A stretch of 44,512 nt of DNA from Spirogloea muscicola (Eukaryota), in assembly GCA_009602725.1 (NCBI GenBank), contig WELB01000032.1:1-44512 (forward strand), read 5' to 3'. Positions within the stretch are counted from its first letter, which is position 1, and each line of letters begins with the position of its first letter. The notes beneath the pieces are model-generated. The model was not told where the DNA came from. It did not search any database and was given only the letters and a program-made list of their open reading frames with translations. A program made the position numbers and the translations under genes. Below are positions 1 to 11,707 of this stretch, one piece after another.

Positions 1-3000
1 CGGCCTCCTGACGCCGCCGCCGTCGCCGCGCGGGCCCGTCGAGCCGCGCGAGCCCACGCGCGCCGACCTGCTGGTGGGTTTTTGGGTTCAGGGTTTAGAG
101 GGCAGCAGCCCCCGCCGCCTGAAACCTACACGCCAAAACCCTATGCGCTACTTATATCTTCCTGAAGCCCCAACCCAAAACCTGACTGGAGATAGCTGCA
201 ACCTAAACGCCAGAACCCCAAAACCCTGAATCCCAGACCCAATTACTGACTCAAGAAGCCTGATACCTACACGGCAGAACCCCAAACCCTAAACCCTAAA
301 CCCTGAACCCTAAATCCTGAATCCCAAAACCGCCCAGATCCAATTACAATAAGTGACTCAAGAATCCTGAAACCTACACGCCAGAACCCCAAACCCTGAA
401 GCCCAAACCCAAAACCTGACTCAAGAATCGCCCTCACCGGCTAAGATGTCAGATTGCGTTCTCACACCGCCGTCGCTGCTCGCCGCTCCCGTTAGCAGAT
501 TGTGCACACCGAGAGGTACCTGGACAGCCTGGCGCGCAGCGCTGAGGTGGCCCGCATCACGGAGCTGGCGCCGCTGGCGCTGCTGCCCAACGCGCTCCTC
601 CAGCGCCACCTCCTCCGCGCGCTCCGCCTCCAGACAGGTCCGCCCAGAGATGCGCGAGCACGCTCGCGTCCTCAATAACTCCTCTGCGTCAGTATCTATC
701 TTAATGGCCGTGTGTTATGGGTCTGTGGGCTTCTCTGGACTTCCGCAGCTGCGATGCAAGCACACACCGCAGACCAGACACCCCGAGCTTAGAGTTCCTG
801 CCTTGGCCCACGTTCACACCTTCTGGGCCTCGCTTACAGTTGTTGATAGCAGAAATTTAAATAGTCAAACTGTGCCCGGTGACGTGCGAAGTCCCTCCAC
901 GAAATCTGTGACCACCCCACTCCTTGTTTGCCAGAGGGCTCCGCCCGAGGCCCGTGCTCAGCCCGGTGGACGTTCCTGAACCTCGGACTGTTGACGTCTC
1001 AGCAATCACGCCACCTAGTTAATGGATATTTTCAAGGATCGAGGGCTCCAGGCTGCACCCTGGGAGACCTGAAGTGCCTGGCACAGACTGTAGAGGAGTA
1101 GAGGAGGTGCTGCTGCCTGCTGCAACGCTTGCCAAGGGTCCTTGGCAAGACTCGAGTCTCGCAGTACGAAGGTGTTGCTTGACAGCAACCAGGTCTGACA
1201 AGTTGTTGAAATACTTACTCCAGACCCCTGTTGCTAAGCTCCCACACCTTTTCTTCCTTTGCTCTCTCTATGCTACCCGCCACCCCACTTCTGGGAACCT
1301 TTTGGCATAGGATGCATCGCAGTATTCAAGCTCAGACACGCTGGGTCACCGCCAAAGGCAGGTCAGCTGCAGTGCAGAGCTGGGCCGAGTGGCTCTGGCA
1401 AGTCGACTCGGGGACGGGTCTGGTATCTTGAGTACCAAATCGTCGCATTCTTCACATAGCTGCCGCTGCCAACGGGCGCCCCACTGCACTTGCGGCACTT
1501 TGCAGCAGTAAGCAGTCTAATGACCGCCAATCACGCTAAACTTATCCCACGTTCTTGCAGGGGGCACAGTGCTGGCCTGCCAGCTGGCGCTGGAGCGGGG
1601 CTGGGCACTCAACATTGGCGGGGGCTTCCACCACTGCTCGTCGGATGCAGGTGGCGGATTCTGCGCCTACGCTGACATCTCGCTTGCCGTGCGCTTCGCC
1701 CTCGATCGCTTCGGCGTCTCCCGCGTGATGATCATCGACTTGGACGCTCACCAGGGCAATGGCCATGAGCGGGACTTTGCCGGCAACGACCACGTGTACA
1801 TCCTCGATGTGTGAGTTATTCACTGGCCCTGTCATAGAAGATGTACTAGTCTCAATGCCTTAGCATCCAAACCACTCTTATTGTTATGTCAAGCTGTGAC
1901 AGTAGAGGAATCGGATGCCAACAGGATAAGTTGCACTTTTGGAGTGCTCGAAATAGGTCCAGCGGTGTACGTGCCCACTGTTGGAAGAGTAGCTCAGAAT
2001 GATCAATGGCTTGGTCAGCACCTCATCAAGGAGGCAAAGACACCATGGCAGACATTCACTTCCGTGGGGGTTAACCTCGGTGCCACGAGTTGTGCTACGA
2101 ATTTGCACATGAAGAACACAGGGGCTTGCCATGTCGCTCCTGCGACTTTGCGATGTCACAGACGATCTTCTGAAACAGCGGCCAGCTTCTAGGCTGGACA
2201 ACAGACAATCTATAATTTCTGATGGTCAGATGCTTATGTTGAATCCTTCGAAGCTAGCAGCTACAACGGGGACATCTACCCGCACGACATGGCAGCCAAA
2301 AGGCACATCCGCAAGGAGGTGGTGCTCCAGAGTGGCACCCATGATGACAAGTACCTCCAGCTCCTCAGCAAGAATTTGGCGGAGGCTGGCGAGGAGTTCT
2401 TGCCGCAGCTGATACTGTACAATGCTGGCACAGACCTGCTCGAAGGTGACCCGCTCGGCAGGCTTTCAGTAAGTTGCACTACAATTGAGCCTCAAGAGCC
2501 AGACTCGATATTGTGGAGGCGGCCGGGGTCAAGGATGATGATTAACAACCCTTACAAGATATATGATATGTAGAACCACATCCCGAATTGTTAAATATGG
2601 CAAGCTTGCTGCACTCCAAGTTGTCAGCAAAATTACCAAGTCGCGATGACCAGGTAATTACGTTTTGCATATACTGGAGGCTGCCATGAGGTCCTGATGC
2701 TGTTGTTGACCTTTGGCTTGCAAGCAGGTAACAGCTGACGGTGTGATGAAGCGAGACGAGATGGTCTTTCAGTTTGCCAGGCGGATGAGCTGCCCCATAT
2801 TGATGGTGACCTCGGGTAAAGTGTCTAGCCAAGCTCCAATGATGGCTTCTGTGGAACGACTAGCTGCTGCTGCCTTGCTAGGATCTCTGCCTACATTGTA
2901 ATTGCAACCGAGCAAGAATAGACATAGCTAGCTTTCTTGATCCAATATCTCAGTGAGGCTATTTGTATACGATGTTGATGCTTTCAGTGGCTCCAGATGG

Positions 3001-3168
3001 ATGCCAGAGAGTAGACCACTTATGTATGGTTGATGACTGTATGATGCAGGAGGGTATCAGAAGAACAATGCTGACATTATTGCCAAGTCCATCATAAATC
3101 TGGCGGAGAAGAAGTTGATCTCATTCGAGTCCAAAGTTGACAGAGTTGACGTCAGAGCTGTTACTTAG
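1..3168 (+). CDS. HDA2: Class IV histone deacetylase (HDA2/HDAC11-like), 5'-partial, spliced
   Basis: GT-AG exons at about <1-73, 499-637, 1561-1810, 2261-2468, 2728-2815 and 3050-3168. They join to give IVHTERYL..., GGTVLACQLALERGWALNIGGGFHHC, GGGFCAYADI, IIDLDAHQGNG, YNAGTDLLEGDPLG and VTSGGY, the HDAC11-type motifs. Confidence 0.95.
75..428 (+). repeat. Intronic minisatellite with degenerate plant telomere-like repeats (AAACCCT)
   Basis: About 4 degenerate copies of TGACTCAAGAATCCTGAAACCTACACGCCAGAACCCC, each followed by AAACCCT/GAACCCT runs (perfect AAACCCTAAACCCTAAACCCT near 284-304), inside the first visible HDA2 intron. Confidence 0.85.
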
Positions 3169-3529
3169 CTTGACGGTGTTGCACTAAAAATCACTTGGCA
3201 AGATCAAAATGCTCACCCCTTCCACAATGAAGTGCATGGCCATTATACAAGCTAGTGAATGCGCCACAAAAATCACAGTAGTCCGGTGTAAATAGCCCTC
3301 GAGTGAGCAATGCCCGGGAAACTCTATACCTCATTGTAAAGCTAGGCACCCCTCTACCCCACCAAAATCCCCCCCGACCCTCATGTTAGAAATGTTAATG
3401 CCACATTGGCCACATCTGAGTAAGTCCATTCATAGTCCATTCACTAGGCATTTGCAGGGTCCAGCTTTGCAGAAAAGAGCAAAGACTGAAGCATGGGCAG
3501 GGGCACAAGCCTGCTACTGGTGAAGCCTG

Positions 3530-6500
3530 CTACTTGAGAGTGGGCATGTACTGGCCGGAGCATGGAGCTTCCCTGATTGGGAGTGCGTCGATGAGCTCCT
3601 GGACGGTGGAGAGCGCACTGTTCAAGATCCTCTTCTCTATTCTGAGCAGCTGGGTGGCGACCTTCTTCTTCGGGCACGTTTGATCGTCCGCAATCTGCAA
3701 CAGGATGGTGGAAAGTGCATGATCAGCTCCAGCAGGCTTTTGCATCGCAAAGTGGTGCAAGAGATGAGGTGCAAGAGGGTACTTGCCATTGCTGTAGCTT
3801 TGATGAAGGGCCCGGTGCATCAGCAAAGAAGCTTGTGATTGCAACTTGTCTACACTTAATGCATAGGAACTGAGTGTCAAGCTTGCCGCTCACCACTGCA
3901 ACGTCCTCCTCTAGCGTGCTCTTGTAAGCATCCAGCCTGCTCTTAAAGTAGCCAGCCAGTTGGCCGAGCACCGCTCGCTCATTGCAGGGACTCACCTGCA
4001 ATCACTTGCGGGGAAGCCACGAGGGCACAAGAATACGACTTAAGCAAAGAACCATCTGTTTACCCCTAATAGAATTGCCAAGCCAGACCTGACCTTGTCG
4101 TTACCATGCTTTTGCACTAGGGGTTGATAATGGAGGAGCAGCTTACTGGACAGATGGGTCCCTCAGCGAAGCCAACTGAATCCATGTCTTCGGGATCACT
4201 GACGTGGCCCAATCTTAAGTAGGGAAGCATGTCCATAACAGCCTCCTTCTCCCGCCCCTTGTAGATCTGAGGCCACAAGTACGCAACTCATGGCACTGTC
4301 AGTGCACCAGCTACTTGATTGTCACAACCCAGCAATCTGCTGTTAGTCACCTACATTTAGTAATGAAATGATCTGAGGAGTCAGAAAAGGAAGAACTGCA
4401 GTCGCAAAGCTTCCACCCAAGCAGCTGAGCGCACACGTCAAAGCTGCACTTGCCTGGAAGGTCTGTATGGTGAGCCTGTCGTTCTTCTGCACGATGGCCC
4501 GCTTGTTCTGATAGAGTGGGTCTTTTGGATCCAGGGCAGCCTGCACAGTACAAATGCATCTGTCAAACTTGACATACAGCCGTTGAGAGCCCTGAGCCCT
4601 ACCACGAATTGTTAATCAAGTTAGACTTACCAACGACTTTGTTGTAGTGAGCTATTTGCATTGCTTTGCAAACATGCAGCTAACCTGCTGTGTTTCGGGT
4701 TTGGTTATTACGCAACAGATTAATTAGCAACACTAGCACACAGTGACGTGCAAGTGCTATGAAAGAAATTTAGTAAACATAAACTGAAAGTATATTTGGT
4801 GTGTACACAGTGCATCGCACAGCACGCATGCGTCGATGTAATACACTAACCTCAACAGCAAGACGATCATAGGGATTCTTCTCGTCTACGAAGCCGTAAT
4901 TCAGAAGGAGACGAGAGTTTGGCTGTGGGCCACACCTAGCAACAACATAGGAATTTGCAAAGCATCAATACGTGAGGAAATGAAGGCACCACACGCCCAA
5001 CCCACTATATTGCTCCAGCTAAGAGTGCTCACCAGACAACAATTGGCTCGCCTGCCTTATATGCTCGGTCCACCTCCAGCTGGACAAAACCGTCAACGCC
5101 CTTAAGCATGCATCTGCAGTTGCTTTCATACGAGAGCAGGGGTGGCCCCAGTGGCACTAGCGCAAAGCGCCTTGCCAAGCTTACGCCCTGCGCAGAGTAC
5201 GGGCCGTCCCCACTTGGCAGTGTGAGCAAGAGTAAATCAATCAGGCACATAGGAGCTTCTTGTCAGTCCCAATAAAATGTCTACAAGGAGAAGGTGAGAC
5301 TTGAAGAGGGGGGCACTTCAGGAAGTGCAAAGTATGCAAAAGTGCCACACTGACTGATCTCAGCAAGGCCAACGATGCTACTGTTCGAGCTTAAGAAGCA
5401 AACGCCCCAATGACCTGGAGGTGGACGACGCAGGCCTGGATGGCAACAAATGCTTGCTTGAAAATCTCAAAGGGGAAGGCCTCGGTGGGAATGTCGTAGG
5501 GGTATTGCTGCACAAGCAACAAGCGATGCCGGATGCCGGGTGTCAGCTTGTCATAATCAGGAGCAGGTCTGCGGGCCTGTCACCGCAGCAACACGACTGA
5601 CAGAAGAGTAGCCATGCAACTTGGAATCGAGCTTGGCCCCATCCAGCCCGTAAGCAGGGGCGCCGATTGCAGTGTAGAGCCTGACTTTGAAGAGGGAGCC
5701 GGCCATGAACCAGACTGTGTCCAGCTCCTCGTACTCCCGCTTGATGCCAGCCAGTCGGTCCTGGACGACTTGCTGTCGCAGAAGTAGCTCGTAACCAGAG
5801 CATCAGCTGAAGTTACTTTCTGCAGCTGCTAGCTGACCTACTGAGGGATTCAGAATCCAACACCATAGTCACCGATCCACAGGATCTAAGAGCAAACGCA
5901 TGCAACCCATCAACTTTGGTAATCGGGATGAACAACTGGAAAACTGGAAATGCCCGAATCAGCGCTGTCCATCTCTGACGAGAGTCACAGGAGGGTAGGC
6001 ATCTCACCTTTACAAGTCCTTATCAGATATGCGCAACCGCAAATCAAGAGAGTGTGCTAAATGGGGCTCCTCCTCTCACTGTTATTGCGGGCTAGTCAAT
6101 CTCTGGAGGTGTTGATGGCAAGCTTTAGGTAGCGCATCAAGCTCACCCTCATGGGGCTGCCCTGGAGATAAGTTTCGCGCTCCTCATTCGTCCACAGGAG
6201 CGGGGACTCAACGGCCAGCTGGCCACGCCCGCGCTGTCGGTCCAGCTCGCGGATGAATGGGTACCAGAATGACTCCTTGCCCTGCTTCTTCTCGTACATG
6301 AGGTACAGCGCCAGGCAAGCCAGCTCCGACAGCTTGTTGGTCGTCAGCAGCTCCGCTGCCGCCAGGCACAAGGCCGCCAAATGAGACCAGCATTTGGCCT
6401 CTTGAATTGCCAAATTAGACCGAGACTTCTGCTTGCACGCTTGTGATTGAGGCATGTCTGCAGACATGAGTCAGTCAGCAGCCATGCAATGTGACAAACC

Positions 6501-7175
6501 CCGATGAAGCCTCAGCTAACACCGTCCAGATGTGTCGAGTCCTTTGTAGAAAGTTTACCGATTGATTCATCCCCAAGCACACGCTCCAGCGTCACGACCA
6601 GGTTGTTGGGCACGCGGAACGCAATGTCGCCAGGCTGAGGTGCATCGCCGTCACCACGCAAGCAACAGGAACGCCTCAGTTCAGTTTGACAGCTTGTTGG
6701 GCCCTCGGCTGGAGGTGCCCAAGCCACAGCCCTCGCAACCGGCGGCAATGTCGTGACTATGATTGCTGTATCATGCTTAACATGTGACACAGGAAGCGGC
6801 ACACATTGTCTCCATCTGGCAACGCCATGGAGCTCGCAGCGTCTGCCGTCAAGGCTTCACCTGGAGGTCCTCGCTGGCGACGAGATGGTGGATGGCGCGG
6901 CCCGCGGTGAGATTGCAGGGCCGGTCCTGCAGGTGGACGCGGCACGGCGGGAGGCCATTGTCGGCCATCCAGCTCTCCAGCTGCCGCTCCTCGGCGCTCA
7001 GCGGCGGCGGGGCCTTGCCGTGGTCATGGCGGAGCTGCTGGTGGTTTTGGTGGTGCAGGAGCTGGCTGCTGCTCTCGCCCTTGGCCGTTCCGGTGGCCAC
7101 CGAGTCCACGGACGCCGCGGACGCCGCGCAGCGGCCGACCCGGAGCCGCCGCCGCAGCGCGCGGCGCGGCGCCCA
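3530..7175 (-). CDS. Plastid SET-domain / Rubisco LSMT-family protein (At5g14260/SAFE1-like); start lies in the assembly gap
   Basis: Multi-exon gene: LESWMADNGLPPCRV, FRVPNNLVVTLERVLGDE, ELLTTNKLSELACLALYLMYEKKQGKESFWYPFIRELDRQRGRGQLAVESPLLW, YEELDTVWFMAGSLF, RRFALVPLGPPLLSYESNC, and a C-terminus ...LIDALPIREAPCSGQYMPTLK*. Confidence 0.9.
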
Positions 7176-7837
7176 NNNNNNNNNNNNNNNNNNNNNNNNN
7201 NNNNNNNNNNNNNNNNNNNNNNNNNNNNNNNNNNNNNNNNNNNNNNNNNNNNNNNNNNNNNNNNNNNNNNNNNNNNNNNNNNNNNNNNNNNNNNNNNNNN
7301 NNNNNNNNNNNNNNNNNNNNNNNNNNNNNNNNNNNNNNNNNNNNNNNNNNNNNNNNNNNNNNNNNNNNNNNNNNNNNNNNNNNNNNNNNNNNNNNNNNNN
7401 NNNNNNNNNNNNNNNNNNNNNNNNNNNNNNNNNNNNNNNNNNNNNNNNNNNNNNNNNNNNNNNNNNNNNNNNNNNNNNNNNNNNNNNNNNNNNNNNNNNN
7501 NNNNNNNNNNNNNNNNNNNNNNNNNNNNNNNNNNNNNNNNNNNNNNNNNNNNNNNNNNNNNNNNNNNNNNNNNNNNNNNNNNNNNNNNNNNNNNNNNNNN
7601 NNNNNNNNNNNNNNNNNNNNNNNNNNNNNNNNNNNNNNNNNNNNNNNNNNNNNNNNNNNNNNNNNNNNNNNNNNNNNNNNNNNNNNNNNNNNNNNNNNNN
7701 NNNNNNNNNNNNNNNNNNNNNNNNNNNNNNNNNNNNNNNNNNNNNNNNNNNNNNNNNNNNNNNNNNNNNNNNNNNNNNNNNNNNNNNNNNNNNNNNNNNN
7801 NNNNNNNNNNNNNNNNNNNNNNNNNNNNNNNNNNNNN
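7176..7837. other. Assembly gap containing the 5' ends of two divergent genes
   Basis: N run with open GC-rich coding frames running into it from both sides. Confidence 0.95.
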
Positions 7838-9227
7838 CCGCCGGCGACGGCGCGCCGGCCGCCGTGGCCGTCGCCGAGCCCATTCCGACGACGGCCGCGG
7901 CCTCGTGGGAGCTCTTTGCGGCGGCGGCCTCGGGGGAGTGGGACGGCTACGGCGCAGACTTCGGGCCGCGCGGCGAGCCGCTGGAGCTCCCGGACTCGGC
8001 GGTCCCGGCGGCATTCAAGGACTGGGGCGTCGGCGTCTGCGACTGGCAGACCCAGTGCCCGACGCTGGCAGACACTGCCGGCGGCGGCGGTCGTGGGCCC
8101 CGGCTCTATGCCCGCCTCGTGCGGCTGCTCCCCACCGTCGGCTGCGAGGCGGACGCCGCCACGGCGTACAGCGCCGAGGAGCGCGTCGCCGGGCTGGGCT
8201 CCGCCGCCGGCGCCCTGGCCTTCAGGTCTGTCCTACGCCGCTGTGGTGCTGCCGCTGCTGCAGCCTCCATGTTGATATGGTCCGTCCAGCATCTCGTCCA
8301 GCATCGACGTGCCGGCGCTGATGTCGGAGGAGCTCGACGGAGACGAGGTGCTGCGCCTGACCTGCATTGCCCCATGATGGTGCACCCTCCAGGCCAGATG
8401 GGTCTTACAACACCGTGTGGCCAGGCGTCGGTAAGCTCTCGGAGAGCGCCACGCAGGGCAGCGCGCTCAAGGTCGTGCGGCGGAACGAGGTGGACGGTGA
8501 CGCCTGGGAAGTGGAGCACTGCTTGGTCGGCGAAGAGCTCTTGCCGCGCCTCAAGACCTCCGTGCGCGCAAGAGTCCGCATCCTACAGCGGCTCCGTGGC
8601 AGCCGCGCAGCTGGCGCACTCCCTATGCTTGTCGGCCTGACTGTCTACCGGGAGAGGTGGGAGGGTCCCTTCCGCAACGGCGAGTCGCTTGGCGGCTGCA
8701 GCACCTCAGGCGCCAGCTTTGCTGAGCTGCCAAGGCTCCAGGCTGCAGAGCTGGCGGGCCGCTGGCTTGCAGACTGCTCTGTAGCGGATCCATCCGAGGT
8801 GGCCGGTGAAGGCAAGCTTGGCCGGCAGGGTGCGGTGGCGGAACTACGAATGGCTGGGCAGCGTGAGGAGGCAATGGTGCTGCCTGAAGACGACGGCAGT
8901 TCGGAAATACTGCTTCCCAAGGGCATGTGGTCCTTGCTGCGGGGCCTCGTCAACGGCGGCTTTGCGCTCGACGCAGGCTGGCTCGTTGAGTCTGGCCAGG
9001 CCATCATTTCGACAGTGGCATTCGACGCCGATAACAGGCTTCAGGTCGATCCGAGGCCCTTTCACCTCTGCATCGCCGCTTGCAATACAAGCAGTTGATT
9101 CTCTAGCAGCACTTGGCCACAATGAATATACATGCACAATAACACCCCTCACATTTTAATTGCACTAATGCTCAGCACCATGTCCAATGGGCAGGGAAGC
9201 TCAATCAACACGTTGTCGCGTGCTTAG
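7838..9227 (+). CDS. Conserved plant protein of unknown function (At4g38225-like), 5'-partial
   Basis: Exons at about <7838-8225, 8393-9044 and 9195-9227. Motifs SGEWDGYGADF..GEPLELP..VP.AF.DW...DWQTQCPTLA, LLPTVGCEADAAT and YRERWEGPFRNGESLGGC. The last exon is less certain. Confidence 0.8.
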
Positions 9228-9345
9228 AAGAGGGTGGCAGACGCGGAAATGGAAGGTCCCAGGCACTATCGGACATATGTGATAGACTAGCACAACAGAG
9301 TGACAAATATGTACAGGCTGGTCCACCAGGATTCAGAAGGCGAGC

Positions 9346-10763
9346 TCAGCTTGGCAGTGCCTGCCGAGGCTCCTGCTCCTGCGCTACCAGGCTGTCAATC
9401 TCCCGCTGCATGCTCGGGCTGTAGAGCTGGCGGCCATATGGTGCAATCAGGTTGTGGCGCAGGACCTGCGCAGGCAACAGACAGCTGCCTCCAGAATGAG
9501 CCAGTTGCTACCTGACATTAGCCTTCTGATGCCGACCTTGAAGACCTGTTGATTGACATAGAGGGGTTATATAATCCCACACAACTGCAGCAATTTACCA
9601 GAGACTTTGTTCAGTCAGCCGTGCCGGCTCTTTTGCCACTTTCTAAAGTGCGAGCACCTTCTTCCGGATCTGGTCAATGTCGGCCTTGAGAAATGCCGCC
9701 TCCTGACTCCAGCGCTGCTCCTGCGCCGCCGCATCCTCCCGCCCGTCTGTGACAGAAAGTTATCAGAGGTCGTTATGCAAAAGCTTATGCAAAGTTCTCA
9801 GCACTTACTACAGCCAACCCAGCTGCATTTTATCACAGCCGAGCCAGCTGCATCAGGTGCGTGACCAAGTAACAAGCCCTCGCACCTCGGCTGCGGTGCC
9901 ATGCGACCGCCAAGGCCCTCCGCCACCGCCGCAACAGGAACTGGATCTCTGTGACAGCGAAGCCTTGCAATTTAGCGGATGCCTGCAGCTCTACCGACGA
10001 GCTCTCTCGAAGCTTCCAGAAGCCACCCAGCGAGGTCAGAAAGTACCGGCAAGTGTGACTAAAGCTGAGAGCGATAGCGGGTGAGCAAGGAGCCGCCAGC
10101 CTCAGGTTCTCATTAGCATGAGGACGTCGACGACCTTTGTGAGCCTCCACCCAATCGGGCGCGAAGCCGGCGTTCTTGAGGATGCGGAACGCCATCTCGT
10201 CGGCGGGGTCGGCGTGGTGGTGGCCGCCGCCGTCGCCGCCAGAGCCAGCCGCTCCCGGGAGCTCCTTGCCACGGCCGGGGAGCTCGTCGAACAGGCCCTC
10301 GCGCATCGCCTGCTGGATGCGCTGCTCCACGACGCTCGCGGCGACGTCGGTCGCCGTGCTGCAGCGACGCAGGCAGCCAAAGCCACAGCCGTCGTTGAGC
10401 TCGTCGCGAGGAAACGTCCGCCAGCCGGCACTGCCATGGCGGCTGCCACCGCCGCTACCTGAGGGCGTCGCGGCTGTCCCGGAGCTCCGGAGGGAGCTTG
10501 CGCTGCGCCGCCTTCCACTTGGCCACGCGCAGCCGCTCCAGCGCCTCGCGCACCGCGGCCTTCGTCCGGGTCCCGGCCCCCGCGGCCGCTGTCTCCGCCC
10601 CCGGCGTCGTCCCCAGTGTGTCGACCTCGACTGCTCCGGCAGCCCCCGTCCAGCAGCTGCGCGCCTGCGCCAGCTTCGCGGCGGCGGCGGCTGCGGCGAT
10701 GGCCGGCGAGGCGCCGCCTCGACGCAGCGCCGCGAGCAGCGGGGCCGGAGGCGGCGGCGCCAT
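9346..10763 (-). CDS. DUF1992 / DNAJC28 conserved-domain protein
   Basis: ATG at 10763. Spliced product contains VVEQRIQQAMREGLFDELPGRGK, DPADEMAFRILKNAGFAPDWVE and a last exon VLRHNLIAPYGRQL...LPS*. Confidence 0.85.
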
Positions 10764-10837
10764 GGCCGCCGCCACCTGAGTCCGCGGTGCTCAGCTCTGC
10801 ACTAGCTGTGCCCAGAATGCCTTATGCTTTTTTCTAT

Positions 10838-10959
10838 GCCTCTTCAGGCCCCGCAGTCGCTGCTTAGCTCGTAGTTTGGCCCCTTCGAACCTTGTCAACT
10901 CTATTCGGGCTGGCTTCTCACAGCCCTTGCCCCCATTGGGAGAGCCACTTCTTTTTTCT
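10838..10959 (+). mobile_element. Isolated 3'-terminal module of the CRE-like retroelement family
   Basis: About 120 bp nearly identical to the reverse complements of 30060-30190 and 35136-35262; ends in GAGCCACTTCTTTTTTCT. Confidence 0.85.
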
Positions 10960-11707
10960 AAACCCGCGACTCCTCAGGTCTCCAGAGAACCCCGTGATTA
11001 GAAAGACAGTAGGGGGTGATGGCTGATTGGCCAGAAATCAGAAAGCCTTGTATCAATACGTGACACCTCCACAACCAGTCCTGTGACTAAGAGGCCTCCA
11101 CGAAGGATGAACGCTGGATACCTTCAACAAAAATTGCGCTAGATGCCGCCACTGCCCCTGCATGCAGCCCGCCGGCTGCCAGCCCCCCTCCCCTGCACCA
11201 CCCCACCTTCTATCCGCCACCGTGTGACACGGCCGCCTTCGTTAGTTGTTGCTTGCCAGAAGCAAGTCGCCAGTCAGTCAACATCTGGACATCCTTGTCT
11301 TCTTAGTCAATGAGCTCCACAGGATTATTTGCTTGTGCTCTTGCTGATTCAGAGATTTGACAACGACAGATGTATCAAGACATATCGGGGATCAACATCT
11401 CAATTCCGGCCTTCTTAACAACACCAAGAGTTGAAGTGAGTCAGGGCTTATCCAAGCACTAGCTCTTCACAGCACAACTCAATAGCTTGAGAAGATTCGC
11501 AAATGGCACCAGAAACCCTTTGCACCTTTAGCTTCCTTATGTATCACGAAGTTGCAATCCTAGCAGAAGGAAATGCCTAAGAGGGCACTGAGCGACTGCA
11601 TGCAAAATACGTTTTATACACTTTCAGAGTACTGCCATGGTAGGTGAGCTTGGGCTGCTGTTGCAAGTGGCAGCCGGAGAAGCTTGCCCGCGCGAGGCAG
11701 ATGTCAC

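Noticed and set aside
6753..8640. Long ORFs spanning N runs (also 20706-22431 and 26926-28125)
   Set aside because: These are artefacts of translating through gaps; the real genes run in opposite directions on either side.
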